Shown one piece after another: positions 39,011 to 51,461 of a stretch of DNA of 64,000 bases; positions within the stretch are counted from its first letter, which is position 1, and every line of letters starts with the position of its first letter. The translations under genes were made by a program, and so were the position numbers. The notes below the pieces were generated by a model. It did not search any database. It was given only the letters and a program-made list of their open reading frames with translations, and was not told the DNA's origin. Source of the DNA: Camelus ferus (taxonomy: Eukaryota); contig NC_045697.1 in the NCBI RefSeq assembly GCF_009834535.1, positions 88,042,001-88,106,000 of the forward strand, given 5' to 3'.

Positions 39011-40013
39011 TGAGCCTAAGATGTTTGTAACCATCACGTTGTTTCACCACACACATAATTATATCCACAAGTATCTAACAGTTTTCTGCTTTTAACATTT
39101 GAAGTGAGACTTCCTCTCATCACAGAGAAGTTGCTCTGTTAGATCCCAAGTGACTTGAGATGAGTGCCCTGCAAGTATGTCTGAGGTGACCAGAGATAGC
39201 CACTGTCGGCCTTAGGTTAAAGGATGGTTACTGTGCGGCTGTCCACTTGCTTTACGTGGCCTTGGGGAGTTGGTTCCGTGGCCATAATCAGTTAACACCT
39301 CCTGTTAGTCAGAGATAAATTGCCAGTGGCATTCCAGTGGCCATGTGAAAACGCAGTGCAAAATATTCCTCTGTACATCCTGCAAAGAGCAGTGAGGAAT
39401 CGTCATCCTAGAGCCGTACGGACACGTTGACATCACTGCCAGACTTCCACCAGTTCGTTGGCTCACCCTTCTGTGAACGTGGGGTCTCACTATGAGTGAC
39501 TGCTGGGACCTTCAAGAGTCTGTCCCATGTGTTCGTGAGCTGCCCAAGGGAGCCTGGGGCTCATCATGCTCCTTTTAACTCCTGGAGGGGAATCCCTCCT
39601 GATGACAGTTTCCTGGGGGTGTTCTGGCCCCAGAGACAACTGTCTGCTCTGAATGTGAAGGCTAGTAATTTTCTTACTTCTGTGTTATTTGTTTTATAAG
39701 GTTTTATCCATTTTAATTGGATTATAATTTTTGCTTCCCACATGCATCTCTTTATCATCAGCTGCCTGGATTGCAAGGTGTTGGGCTAAGCACTGCCCTA
39801 TAACAAGAACATGCTGCTCTCAGATTCGTACCCTCCCATTGGCCCCCTCAGGATTCCTTCTGCGTGGTGAGTCCTCTCAGAGGCTGCAAAGCCCTTACAT
39901 TTTTGTTACTGTGTCTCCTGCACTTTAGGTCTTCATAAGTCTCAGCTGACTTGGGAATGGTCAGCTCCCACGTAGACCAACATCTGCAAGGAGATACATG
40001 AAAAAAAGAGATG

Positions 40014-40103
40014 GTGCGTGTGTGTGTGTGTGCGTGCATGTGTGCGTGTGTGTGTGTGCGTGTGTGTCTGTGTGTGTGTGTAGAGAGAGACAGAGACAGA
40101 GAG
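40014..40103. repeat. Compound (TG)/(CGTG)/(GA) microsatellite
   Basis: Direct reading. Confidence 0.93.
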
Positions 40104-40136
40104 CATCTTAGGCAAGATACTTTGAAACAGTGGTCC

Positions 40137-40715
40137 CGTTGAGTACTATGCTGGCAGTGGGTTTGTCATAAATAGCTTTTACTGTGTTGAGATATGTTCC
40201 CTCTATACCCACTTTGGTGAGAGTTTTTATCATAAATGGGTGTTGAATTTTATCAATTCTTTTTCTGCGTCTGTTGAGATGATCATGTGGTTTTGTTCTT
40301 TCTCCTGTTGTGGTGCTGTATCATGTTGATTGATTTGTGTATATTGAACCATCCTTGTGTCCCTGGGATGAATCCAACTTGATCATAGTGTATGATCTTT
40401 TCTATGTGCCGTTGGATTCTGTTTGCTAATATTTTGTGGAGAATTTTTGCGTCTATGTCCAAAAATTATATTGGCCTGTAATTTTCTTTTTTGGTAGTGT
40501 CTTTGATTTTGGTATCAGGGTGATGGTGGCTTCATAGAATGAGTTTGGGAGTACTCCCTCCTTTTCAGTCTTTTGGAAAAGTTTGAAAAGGATTGATAGG
40601 AGTTCTTCTTTGTATGTTTGGTAGAATTCCCCAGTGAAGCCATCTGGTCCTGGAATTTTGTTTGTAAGGAGGTTTTTTTGTTTTTTGTAATTGCTGATTC
40701 TATTTCATTTCTAGT
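40137..40715 (-). mobile_element. LINE-1 ORF2 internal fragment (RT N-terminal region), inverted relative to a + strand A-tail, TSD-flanked
   Basis: Minus-strand translation gives [64 protein letters not shown], with a stop and frameshifts. Flanked by AAACAGTGGTCC (40125-40136) and AAATAGTGGTCC (40726-40737). Confidence 0.93.
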
Positions 40716-41119
40716 AAAAAGAAAAAAATAGTGGTCCTGTGTTTATCAGGACATCCCATTCAAATAAGATTTCTGCTTGTGGTAGAAATTAGTGAGGACC
40801 TCAGCATCCAGAGATGACAATTCTTATTACTCATATGTGTATTAAAATTATTCATATGTACATATTATGAAGGGAGATTAATTGTTAAGTTGCAAAAAGG
40901 AGGCGGAGACTCTGAGCTGAGAGAGATAACAAGATACCTGGAAGGTTGTAGAATGCTGGCTTATTAAAGATTGATCACTAGAAAACTAGGGGAAGGAGGA
41001 GAAAAGGAAAAACAACAGCAACCAGCAGGAGGTCTCAGGAGGACCTAAGATCAAAAATGAGGAGGCCAGGGACAGCCTGCTTCCTCACTGCCCAGAGAGG
41101 GGAATCAGGAAGAAGCTGT

Positions 41120-41597
41120 AAGGCCCCATGTGTGTGGGGCCTTCATCTCTCTGACTTCAGGCACCGCCTCCTCTTTGCTTACTCTGCTCCTGCCACCATG
41201 TCTTCCTTGTTCCTCCTCCAACACGTCACGTGTGTTCCCTCCTCTGACCCTTTGCTTGGAGTGCTTTCGCCTTAGATGTTTTCACGGCCAACTCTCTCCC
41301 CTCTTTCAAGGCTCTGCTCAGTTGCCATCTTCTCAACAAGTCTCAACCTGGACATCATTTTAAAGAGTGTGACCAGCCCTCCCCCCAGCATGCCGATCCC
41401 CTGTGCACTAATTTTCCCATGGAGTTTTGATATCACCCTCTAATATACAATAGGTTATGCTTATTATTTCCATTTTTTTTGTTCAGAGCTCCACAAAGGC
41501 AGAGATACTCATTCCCACTCCCCTTGCCTCACTGATACATCCCAAGAGTCTAGAACGGAGAACACTGAATGTCAGTATCTGGTGAATGAATTAATAA
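41120..41597 (+). mobile_element. L2a-like 3' fragment
   Basis: cttactctgctcctgccaccatgtcttccttgttcctc..ggctctgctcagttgccatcttctca..gctccacaaaggcagag..cactgatacatcccaagagtctagaac..gtgaatgaat. Confidence 0.85.
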
Positions 41598-41857
41598 ATC
41601 TCTGGAGCAGAAGTCAGATGTGCTTCTGTGGTCACAGTCAAAAGGCTCCAGTTGCTTGGATGACTGGATCAGAGCCAGGTTTCTTGACAGGTGACTAGCT
41701 GAGAGTCCCTGGTTTGGGTTGGTAGGACCTGGATAGGAAGCATGGCTGGATGGTTGTGGGCCCTGATGTCTACTCCCCTCCCAGCAGAAACTCCAGGGTT
41801 AGGTCAGCAGGTGAAATGTCCTTGATAGGCTTGGGGGAATTTGAACGTGAAGCAGAC

Positions 41858-42265
41858 TGTGTGGCAAAGACAGCACAGCTACATGGTCATCAGGATAGTT
41901 TCTTCTTCTCCCTGGGCACATTTCTTGACTGTGTTTCCCAGCTCCTTTCCAGATCAGGGCAGATGATACGATTCGTTCTTGTCAGTGGAGTGTGAGAAGT
42001 GGTGTCACCATCTCCCAGACCTCTAACGAGGGCTTGACTGCCAGCATCCTTCCTGCTGTCTTCTTCTTTCCTCTCTTAGTTACAAAGGATACACAGGAGG
42101 CTTCCACTAGATGGAAGGAATGTATATCCCAGAATTATTGTAGGGGACAGGGCCCCTCAGCGTACCTAGGGTGATGATGTGAGAAAGAAACAAACACATC
42201 TCCATTGCATTACTAGCCTGGTTTTGTGGGATTTTTACTCAGAGCAGTGCATATAATCCGTGTAG
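41858..42265 (+). mobile_element. Old MLT1 (H/I/J-like) LTR
   Basis: tgtgtggcaaagac..ttcttctccctgggcaca..tgtttcccagctcctt..cttgtcagtggagtgtgagaagtg..agatggaagga. Confidence 0.6.
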
Positions 42266-43019
42266 TTCGGGGGAAGTGGCAAACCTTCAGGGGACAACTC
42301 ATTTATGGTCTATCAGGGTCTACAGGCCCCAAGGCTCCTGCATTGAGTGAGATAAAAGTCTAATATACGTGAAGTAGAAGCTAAGCTCGCTTATGGAAAA
42401 ATACAGTTATAGTCCTAATTCCTAATATTCTCAGTTTCTGGATCCAAAGTAGTGTAGTCATCCCCTGGTTCTTAGATACCTCATTGTTTTTAGGTAAGTC
42501 TATAGCTGTCCTTTTTATGCTCATATGTAAAAAAAATGGAAGTCTAACATTAGAAAATAGTTAGCTCTGCCTAGAGGACCCATAATTCGGTGAAATGCAA
42601 TCTTTCCTAGAAAAATGAGCCTACAGGCTAGACATATAGACCATCCTTAAAGAAAGGGAGAAGTTAATTTATTAAGTAATAAGAGCCATTGTCACATTCT
42701 CATCAAAGATTGTAATTTAAGCTCTAGAACTGAAATATGGACACAAGACTAACAATATAAAGCTAAATGCAAAAAAAAAAAAAAAAGTAAATGTGAAACT
42801 GTGAGAAGTCAAGATTAGAAGACCCTAGAGAAGACACGTCCTGGGGGTATTTGTCTACTTTTCTTGATGCTGTGATCATGTTCGTTGTCTCCATAAGAAG
42901 GTGGGTGGAGTGCTATGCTCTGTTGCGTGCTCTACTGAAGCTTGTGCTTCAGCCTCATCTGGCTTATTAAACTGTGTCCTGGAACCAGGTTTGACATTTT
43001 TGGGGGTTCATTGAACCTC

Positions 43020-43193
43020 AAGAGCCAGGGCCACCTCCCATCTGCCAACTTTTGTAAGTAAAGTTGTCCGGGACCGCAGCCACTCCCATTTGTTTGTGTA
43101 GCATCTGTGGTTGTTTTTACAATGTTGAGTAGTTGCACAAAGCCTGTAATACATACTGTCTGTCCTTTTATAAAAAATTATGCCAATCCATCC
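43020..43193. mobile_element. MER58A (hAT-Charlie) MITE, partial
   Basis: ttttgtaagtaaagttgt..cagccactcccatttgttt..tgagtagttgcacaaagcct..tactgtctgtccttttataaaaaattatgccaatcc. Confidence 0.8.
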
Positions 43194-43545
43194 TCTCATG
43201 CATGTTATTTGCACACTTCTTGCCACCTCACTGTTTAGTACAATAATCCTTATCCTTTAAGTTGATTTTAAACTGCCGGTGGTTCGAGTCAGTATACTTC
43301 CACATGTCTCCTTTTTCAGTATCTTTCCATAGAAGAACAATAAATATTTGTTGTGTTAAAATGAATGAATGTTTACAACAAAATCTTGCAGTCTTACTTG
43401 AGGAAAGCTATAATCAGGCTCTAATATACTTTGGACCCAGTATTTATTTAAAATTTCTGCAAAATGTAAGCGATCACTTTTTTCTGGTATTTTGTGTTCT
43501 CTATTTAATCAAATAAATTATTTTTATCTTTTGACTTCTTATTGC

Positions 43546-43918
43546 TGTGGCAGTTATAGCCAGCTCCCTGTAATTCTGACTTTGCCTCTCGTAGTGCAGA
43601 GTGTTGGGAAGCGGCCACCCAGAGACTTTGCTGTTAGTGTGACCATGTGACAAGGTCTTGCCAATAAATGGCACTTTCAGGGGAAGCAATTTTTAAGAAG
43701 TTGATATACGGCCTCCACTCTCCATCTTTTCCCTTCTACCACCAGAGTTCAGTGGATCCCGAGGCTCTAGGGGGCTGGCAGAGTCACAGATGGAAAAAGC
43801 CTGGTCGAGACATTTGCACTGGATGCTTAAACGGATGAGGAATAAGTCCTCCTCATGTTCATCCCATAAAACGTGGAGGTTTCTTTGTTTCAGGAGCTAA
43901 GCTACATCAGTGAATAAC
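43546..43918 (+). mobile_element. Old MLT1 (J-like) LTR
   Basis: tgtggcag start, tgtgaccatgtgacaaggtcttgccaat, ggcagagtcacagatggaaaaagcctgg, and a terminal tttctttgtttcaggagctaagcta. Confidence 0.6.
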
Positions 43919-45557
43919 GTTTCTTGGGCAATAGTGTGTTTTCTTCATCTCTTCCCAACAATTAACTGTCCTCGGAGATATAGCATTCATTAACTCATGA
44001 ACAGGCAGGAGTTTTTTCCTTTCCGATGATGTTATCTCTGGGCTAATCTAAGACGCATGTGAAATACATGCAAGAGAAGCCCATGAGCACTTTTAAATCC
44101 CCAGTGACGTGGCTTAACGAATAGGTCCTCCAGACCATGTCCTACAGCCCTCAGAGCTTTGCAGCTTGTCTTGCCCACTACACGAGACGAGTTCTTAGCA
44201 GCATATCTCTGTGCACATACGCATTTGTGCAGATTGGTCCTCGCCCTGAGTTCCTCGTAACAGAACCAGGCTCAGGGCCAGGCAGATGGGCACATTTTGT
44301 GCTTCGTGGATCTTTTGCTTTCCTTAGTTTTCTTTGCCTTGAGTGCATGACAACAAAATGACTGAAATAACAAATTCAGTTAAAACAAATTTAATTTTTA
44401 ATATGATAGCTGCTATCTAGTTTTAATTTTGGGATGCAAAATTTTTATTTTATTTTTACCAAATTACTCAGATTAAGTCATCTTTTCCTCCTCATTGGCA
44501 AAATTAGAATTCTTAACGTCTATACATACCAAATGATTTTCATTTGACCTGAATTTAGTAACACAGTCGAATGTCTTTTATTAGCCACAGAACTTATTGT
44601 TTAAATGAAAGGGGCTGCCCACTGTGGGAAATGGATGCATATGTGTGTACATCCTCTGGTTGGGATGGGAGGGAGTGTGTAGGGGCAGACTTCTCTCCCA
44701 CTGTCTGGTTGGGGGCCCCACACAGGCCCCCCCAACACCCCCAGAACTTTGTAGGGCATAGTCTTAAATCCACTGAAGATTTATATCAAATTAGTACAAT
44801 TTCTATTAGAGAGTTGCATATATTTCCTTAGTTCAGTGTCTAGGGTTATGTATTAAACAAACAAGCAAACAGAAACACTGGCAGGGCTTAATTCAAAAGA
44901 ACATGTTTTTACTTTGGATACCTCAGAAGAAGATTTAAGTACCATTTACCAGAAAATTCAAACCATTATTCACCTTACCATTGCTTATGGATGTCATCAA
45001 GACATTTCATTTTGAAGTACTTAACATTTTAAAAAGCTCTATTTCTGAAAATCCAAATAATTCCTTTAGTCAATGAGGAGAACAGAAGAATATGACCCAG
45101 AAATAGCATTATACTCTCCACATATGGGTTTGGCTCATTCTTTCATCTTTGAGTAGAAACAGAAATAAAAGTACTTGTAGCCATTTCTGAACCTTCAGTC
45201 AAAGTTAAAATTATTTAAGTTTATTAATTTTTTGTCAGTTCTATAAGAGGAATATCTAGTGGAATACTGTTTTGTTTCCTACTGATCTTATCACCATTAT
45301 TATATCATAAAACACTATTCATTTATCATAATTCATTTAATTACGTTTATGTGCCTATAATCATAAAACAAATCTTAGCAAGGTACATGGTTATAGCACA
45401 TATTCAGTAGATGATCACTTTTGCTGTCCTTATTTATAAAGACCTTACAGAGTATCAGAAGTATAGAATTTGAAAATAAATGGAGCAACACAATGTGCTC
45501 TACCCAGAAGCCCTTTGCATTAAGGAGCCCTTTTCCTAGAAATAAAATGGAAGACTA

Positions 45558-45576
45558 CTCTGCCATCTAGTGGACA
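45558..45576 (-). promoter_or_regulatory. CTCF-binding motif candidate
   Basis: Minus strand reads TGTCCACTAGATGGCAGAG, a near-ideal CCASYAGRKGGCRS match in non-repeat sequence. Confidence 0.7.
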
Positions 45577-45837
45577 TTTTGAGAAATGGAAAAGTGTGTT
45601 TTTATTGTTTCAAATAAAATTGTATTAAATTTCACCAAAATGCTGAATTTTTCTTGAGCAAGGTAACACCTGCTCTCTTTATTGCTTTTGGCAGATATTG
45701 TGAGGATTTATGAATGCATTGGATAAGATAATCTTCAGAAAGTAGTTTGAAAAAAATGGGATTTAGAAATTCCAGGATAGAAGCTAAAAAATGTATACTG
45801 CCGAATGAATGTTTTCACCTGTGGAGTATCACAAAGC

Positions 45838-45875
45838 AAGAGTGAGAGAGAGAGAGAAAGAGAGAGACAGACAGG
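45838..45875. repeat. (GA)n-rich microsatellite
   Basis: Direct reading. Confidence 0.85.
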
Positions 45876-47059
45876 GAAGAAGGATAGAGAAATTGATCTA
45901 CTTATTGAATTGTTCAAAAGGAGGAACAAATAAAAAAGTACTGTGTAGCAAATTTTTCAAGCTTAAAACCAGAAGTCCCCAGGGTGGAAGGAATAACTTT
46001 TTAGTTTAACATATGGATAGTTTGGCAAAGAAGGAAAATGTCTTTTGGAAGAAGTTCCAATGTCTAGGAAGAGGGAGGAAGGGGCAGATGAGGAACAGCT
46101 GCTGACAGAAAGTCCAGTGTGCACGAGGCTCTGCAGCTCTGCAGCAGGAGAGCGTCTTGCTGGTGACACTTTGCCTCTGCTTCACCTGAGCATTACTGGG
46201 TTGTGGTGGGAGGGAAACCAGGAGGTTAAAGTATAATTAAAGGAGGCCTTTCAGTAAACTGACTGCTAACCGTTTATATGGCCTTGTTAAAATGAAATAG
46301 TATCACAGAAAGGCAGACTGGCAGATCACTTCCTGTTTCACCCCATGGAGAGCCATCCTCTGTTTGAGCCCTGATCCTTCTGCCAGTTCAGCCCTTGCTG
46401 GACCTGTCAGTGGGTTTTGATGGGCCCAATAGGGCTCTACTATCATGAAGAAAAAGAGGTTAAAGGGAAACTAGACAGTTGGAGATTTTAAAACTTTTGG
46501 TAGCCATGTCCATTGTGCTAACACTTCTCAGCATGTGAGAACAATGTGCAGTGGATCAGACGGCAAGGCGTTCCTCTGTGTCCCGGGGAGAGTGACAAGG
46601 GAAGGGCCCTTAGTTTGGGATTATCTTAGGCTGCAGTAGTGAGGACAGATTAGGTTCTGATCCAGTTCATTTGAAATAGCCAGTCTTAGACAAGGGGGTG
46701 CTAATAAATAGGGAATAAAATAAAACCGGGACTACTAGCATCTGTAAAATGGAGAGAACATTTTTTGAGACCTAAAGGGATGATGTCCTACTGGCAGGAA
46801 AAAGATAACTCCCCACCCCACTTTATCCTATTGGTAGCCTTTTGAAAGGAAAAAAGAAGTAGAGAAATAATATTTCATGGAGCAGGCAAGATGGAAGCAT
46901 TTTACAACATCACGTGGATTTGGGGCATACAGGAGTATGGTGAGCTCTTAGATAGTGGTAGGGACTTCAGCTGCCTGGGAACTAGGAAGGCAGGTGGCCC
47001 TGTGGGACTGAGCCTGAGGGCAGGGAGTCCTGTGGGGCCCCAGAAACATTTCTGTGCCG

Positions 47060-47540
47060 ACCTCCCACTGAGTTACAGAAACGTGGCGCTGAGTGTTATG
47101 TTTTTGCTGTGTAACTTCTTCTTTTTGGATATAGCTCAGTGGGTCGAATGTGGGCAGCTAAGTGACACTGAGCCCATCAGATTCTCTCTTTCAGGAACAG
47201 AGCTGGGACCACTTCCAATTAGGACCTGAGGCTACAAGACTAGATCTCCAGCATTTAAACTAGAGAACTGTGCCTCATCCATGGTTTGCTTGTGGGCAAA
47301 GCAGAAAAAGCCAGTCCGCAGGGAGCTGAAGGGAAATAATGCAGAGGAGGAGCAGAGAGGAGGAATACTAAAAGAAACATCCAAAAGGTTTTAAATTCTT
47401 CATTCTAGTTCCTTTCCTTGGCCAGCCATATTTCTGCCCTGGGGTTTCACTAGATACCTCTGTATCCGTGCAGTGCATTCCCATTTGGTTTAAGAAAGCC
47501 TACATGAATATCTGTTAGTTGTACAAAGATACTTAACCGT
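47060..47540 (+). mobile_element. Old MLT1 (K/L-like) LTR
   Basis: gagcccatcagattctctctttcagga..aagccagtccgcagggag..ttctgccctgggg..cattcccatttggtttaag..atctgttagttgtacaaagatacttaac. Confidence 0.55.
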
Positions 47541-47959
47541 ATGGAAATTTTGCCCCTACACCATCCAAACTTAATCATTTGAACCAGAAAGAGGAAATTT
47601 GAAAAGCTGGACTTCCCTCAGTTCCTTAGACTCGGGGTAAATGGGAACCTTAATATAGACATGGCCTCGGAACCCAGTCTTTTGAGTGTTTCCTCACAGT
47701 TGTTAGATCTCCCTTCAGTGGTTGGGACCAGCTGGAACCAGCAGTACAGTTCAGGAGGGGGACCCTGATCCTCGTCTCTGTTTCTCCACTTGGAGAATTT
47801 TCTGACTTTCTATGACCCTCAGTCACACCCCAAACTTTGGGGTGATCAGTTGCAGTGAAGAAGTCCAATACTAATGCTTTTGTGGCTCTCCTGGGATCCC
47901 AGGGCTGGGCGCACATCTCAGGAAGGTGGCCCAGCACGTAGATGTCTGGTGGCGGCTGG

Positions 47960-49330
47960 GTGGAGGGAGGGTAGTCCTGAAGGAGATAACATCTTGCTGG
48001 AACCGAAAGCTTGAGCAGGACTACCTAAATGAGTTGATACAGATTCTCCTAGTTAAAGGGTGAAAAAGTTAAAAAGCCCAAAGAAGAGAGAGAACTTTGT
48101 GCTTTCAAATGAATGGAAGATTCCCATATTGACAGAGAGAGCGAAAGACAGGGAAAGAATAAAAAGAAAGAAGACAAAAGACAGCCAGAGTCCATGCTAT
48201 GGAGGGTCTAAAGAAATTGGATTCTATCTTCAAGGCAATGGTAAAGCGTTGAAAAATGCTAGTAACTTGCATTATAAACAGTTGCTCTAGGTGCAAAGAG
48301 AATACAGGGGAACAGTTAGGAAGTTGTTTAAAGGTGGTGGCATGGAGATTCCTCAAAAGACTAGGAATAGACTTACCATATGACCCAGGAATCCCGCTCC
48401 TGGGCTTAAATCCAGAAGGAACCCTACTTCAAAATGACACCTGCACCCCAATGTTCATAGCAGCACTATTTACAATAGCCAAGACATGGAAACAGCCTAA
48501 ATGTCCATCAATGGATGACTGGATAAAGAAGATGTGGTATATTTATACAATGGAATACTATTCAGCCATAAAAACAGACAACATAACGCCATTTGCAGCA
48601 ACATGGATGCTCCTGGAGAATGTCATTCTAAGTGAAGTAAGCCAGAAAGAGAAAGAAAAATACCGTATGAGATTGCTCATATGTGGAATCTAAAAAACAA
48701 AAACAAAAACAAAAAACAAACATAAATACAAAACAGAAATAGACTCATAGACATAGAATACAAACTTGTGGTTGCCAAGGGGGTGGAGGGTGGGAAGGGA
48801 TAGACAGGATTTCAAAATGTAGAATAGATAAACAAGATTACACTGTAAAGCACAGGGAAATATACACAAGATCTTATGGTAGCTCACAGAGAAAAAAATG
48901 TGACAATGAATATATATATGTTCATGTATAACTGAAAAATTGTGCTCTACACTGGAATTTGACACACTGTAAAATGATTACAAATCAATAAAAAATGTTA
49001 AAGGTGGTGGCTGTGCAGAAAAAGAGAAATGGGCCAAGTCTAACGAGGTAACTAGGAGGTGGGAGTGATGGCAGATCTGACGAGAGAATGAAGACCAGGG
49101 AGTGGGCCAGGTATGGCCTCTGGCTGAGCTACCAGGCGCACAGCAGGCAGTTTCCTGAAGAGCAGTTTTATAGGTCAGGCTGGAGGTGGAGGTGGGGGCA
49201 GCGCACTGGGCAGAGGATAGGCTGAGCACAGGTTGAGCGTGAGGTGCTCGCGGGGCTTCTGAAGGGGGGATGTACAGCAGGAAGTTGGAGGCAGGAGACT
49301 GGAATGTCCACTATGAAGTTGGCATGTCCT
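47960..49330 (-). mobile_element. L2 fragment split by the young L1 at 48342-48999
   Basis: aagaaattggattctatcttcaaggcaatggtaaagcgttgaaaa (antisense L2) on the left; L2-like continuation on the right (gagcacaggttgagcgtgaggtgc..caggaagttggaggcaggagactggaat). Confidence 0.6.
48342..48999 (+). mobile_element. Young, lineage-specific 5'-truncated LINE-1 (ORF2 C-terminus plus complete 3' UTR) with TSD
   Basis: Uninterrupted frame WRFLKRLGIDLPYDPGIPLLG..TCTPMFIAALFTIAKTWKQPKCPS..WYIYTMEYYSAIK..LSEVSQKEK..ICGI* (stop 48691-48693); 3' UTR ends atcaataaaaaatgtt. AAAGGTGGTGGC is duplicated at 48330-48341 and 49000-49011. Confidence 0.96.
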
Positions 49331-49914
49331 TCCACTGGCAAACCGGTGTAGTTTGGCTGTGGTTTCCCATCTGGAGAGCAAGGCATTGAGCCTGGACACG
49401 TGCTTCCTCTCTTTAAAAGTGGCTTTCAGATGCAAAAGAGTAGGAGTGCAGAAGTGCTAACATACACCAGAGAAAATGCTCGCTTACTTTACAAATCGAC
49501 TTTGCCCCAGGCTGTGCCCCAAAACATAGTTCAAAAACTTCAGACATTATGAGCAGAAAAAATGGTACACAAGGGTGTTCCTCTCACACTGGCAGGAAAA
49601 ATATTATGAATTTTTGCCCTTTTTAAACCATGGTCTGCTTTTTCCAGCACAGCTGGGAGAAATGGTTCCTTATCTTACAAGGCAGCCCTATTCATATAAA
49701 AGAATGTGTCTCTTCCCCATAGTACGCCCTTGAGTATAGACAAGTAGCTGTGCAAATAGCCACACAGAAGTACCAAGATAAAATGGATCTGGAATTTGGA
49801 AATTATTGAAACATTTGCCGATTTTCACGTGTCTTCTATATCTTCATTTGAACTGTCTATAAAGTAGGCAAGTCTATGTATTTACTTTCCTTGCTGAGAG
49901 AAATGTGTGCCTTG

Positions 49915-49964
49915 GAATTTCCTTAAAACTTAAGAATTTCCTTAAAGTTAAGAATTTCCTTCAA
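49915..49964. repeat. Short tandem triplication, 18-19 bp unit GAATTTCCTTAAA(AC/G)TTAA
   Basis: Units start at 49915, 49934 and 49952 (third partial). Confidence 0.85.
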
Positions 49965-50464
49965 CACTGTGCATTATTGACCTGCTGAAGAAAGATTGTT
50001 CAGTTCTGAGTTTTCCTTCTGAGTTTTTGTTAATTGACATTTTAGAAATTTAAATCACTTTAAGCCCACAGTGGATCTCCACAAATATTAAACAGTGTTA
50101 GAAATACAGCAGTTGAAGTGGCCTGGAAGGCATATGTTCTGATTGTCTTTTATGTGACAGGGTGTATAAGAAGGAACTCTATTCCCAGTTATTTAATGGT
50201 TTTCATACTTTGATCCTTTGGAGGTTAAAAAAAAAAAAAAAAAGAAAAAGCCTCCTGACCTAAACCCTAATTCTGAGAATTCCAGCTGTGGGTCTCATGT
50301 TTGCATGCTCTATCTTGGACTTTGTGTGCCTTTGAAAGAGTAAAATGTGAACTCGATGCTTCTGTACGTCACAGTCTTTCCAGTTCAGATTCAGAAAGGA
50401 ATAAGGAAAGAAGGGAAATCATATTTATGAAACTCACAATATTGCAGGGGCTGTGGTATTTATT

Positions 50465-50600
50465 CTTCAGTTTATCACAACAATACATTGAGCAAGGGAT
50501 TTCCAACCCCATTTTTAGGTAAGGAAGCTGACTCTCAGGATATTTGCCTAAATTCACACCGCTAAGTGATGGGTGGAAACAAAAGACTGATTTCTGCCTC
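50465..50600 (-). mobile_element. MIR fragment
   Basis: tcacaacaatacattgag..ccccatttttaggtaaggaagctgactctcag..ttgcctaaattcacaccgctaagtgatgg. Confidence 0.7.
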
Positions 50601-51461
50601 AGCGTTCATGTCATGTCCACACCGCCAGAGGCTTCCCGATTGGGTTCCCTAGAGCCCAGGGACAAGGGGAGACGCCCTGGCAGCCACCCTGCTGGGAGAG
50701 TGTGGAGAAAGAAGGCTGCCGGACTAGATATCGGTTCCCTGTGTTCATTTCAAGCAGAGCAATTTTGCTTTTAGTTGTTTCATTTACTGTGTTTGCTTAA
50801 AATTATTACCTAGGAAAATGGCATCTACCACTTCCAACTTTTTTCTAAGTTATTGCACCGTAAAATTAACTCTGCTGAAGCTAATGAATGATAAAACTAG
50901 GGAGCCAAAAACAACAACAAAATAGCATCACTTCTGGATACAGTAAACGCTGCTTATCACTATTTATATTTAAAATTAGTTTTGTGTCTTTTTCTCCAGT
51001 ATTTTCTGATAGGAAATCACTTTCCTGTCTATGTTTCTGTGTTTTTAAGGTGTGTATGCAGGACTCTGGAATACTGAGAGAGAGAGCTGTCTAGATATAC
51101 CCGAGAGAGAGCTAATACATAAAGTCTACTATGGAGTGTTTATGAAAGGGACTCATTTTCCAGGAAAAAAAATTAAAAAAACAGAAAATTGCAGCTTAAC
51201 TCACCTTGGTTCAGAGAGCAGGGATGCATTGAAAGAGATCATGATTCTGATTGAGGGCAACTCGAAGTGGATGTCTGGGTTGGAGGCGAATTCCTGCATT
51301 AACCTAGCTTTTAATTTTCAGTCAGCTTTATTGAGATGTAATTTACTTGACACTTTACAATCCTGAGTTCTCCTTCCAAGGAAACTGCTTCTTTTAAACC
51401 CGCTACCGAGGGACGTTGCTTAAAATTATTTCTTGAGAAAAGGATGATCACTGCTCTTTGA

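Noticed and set aside
47128..47165. tRNA/SINE A-box-like GGATATAGCTCAGTGG
   Set aside because: No B-box, cloverleaf or A-tail follows; it lies within an MLT1-like LTR.
48256..48693. 145-aa ORF as a chimeric gene
   Set aside because: The upstream part is flanking L2-derived sequence fortuitously in frame with truncated L1 ORF2; no promoter or splice evidence.
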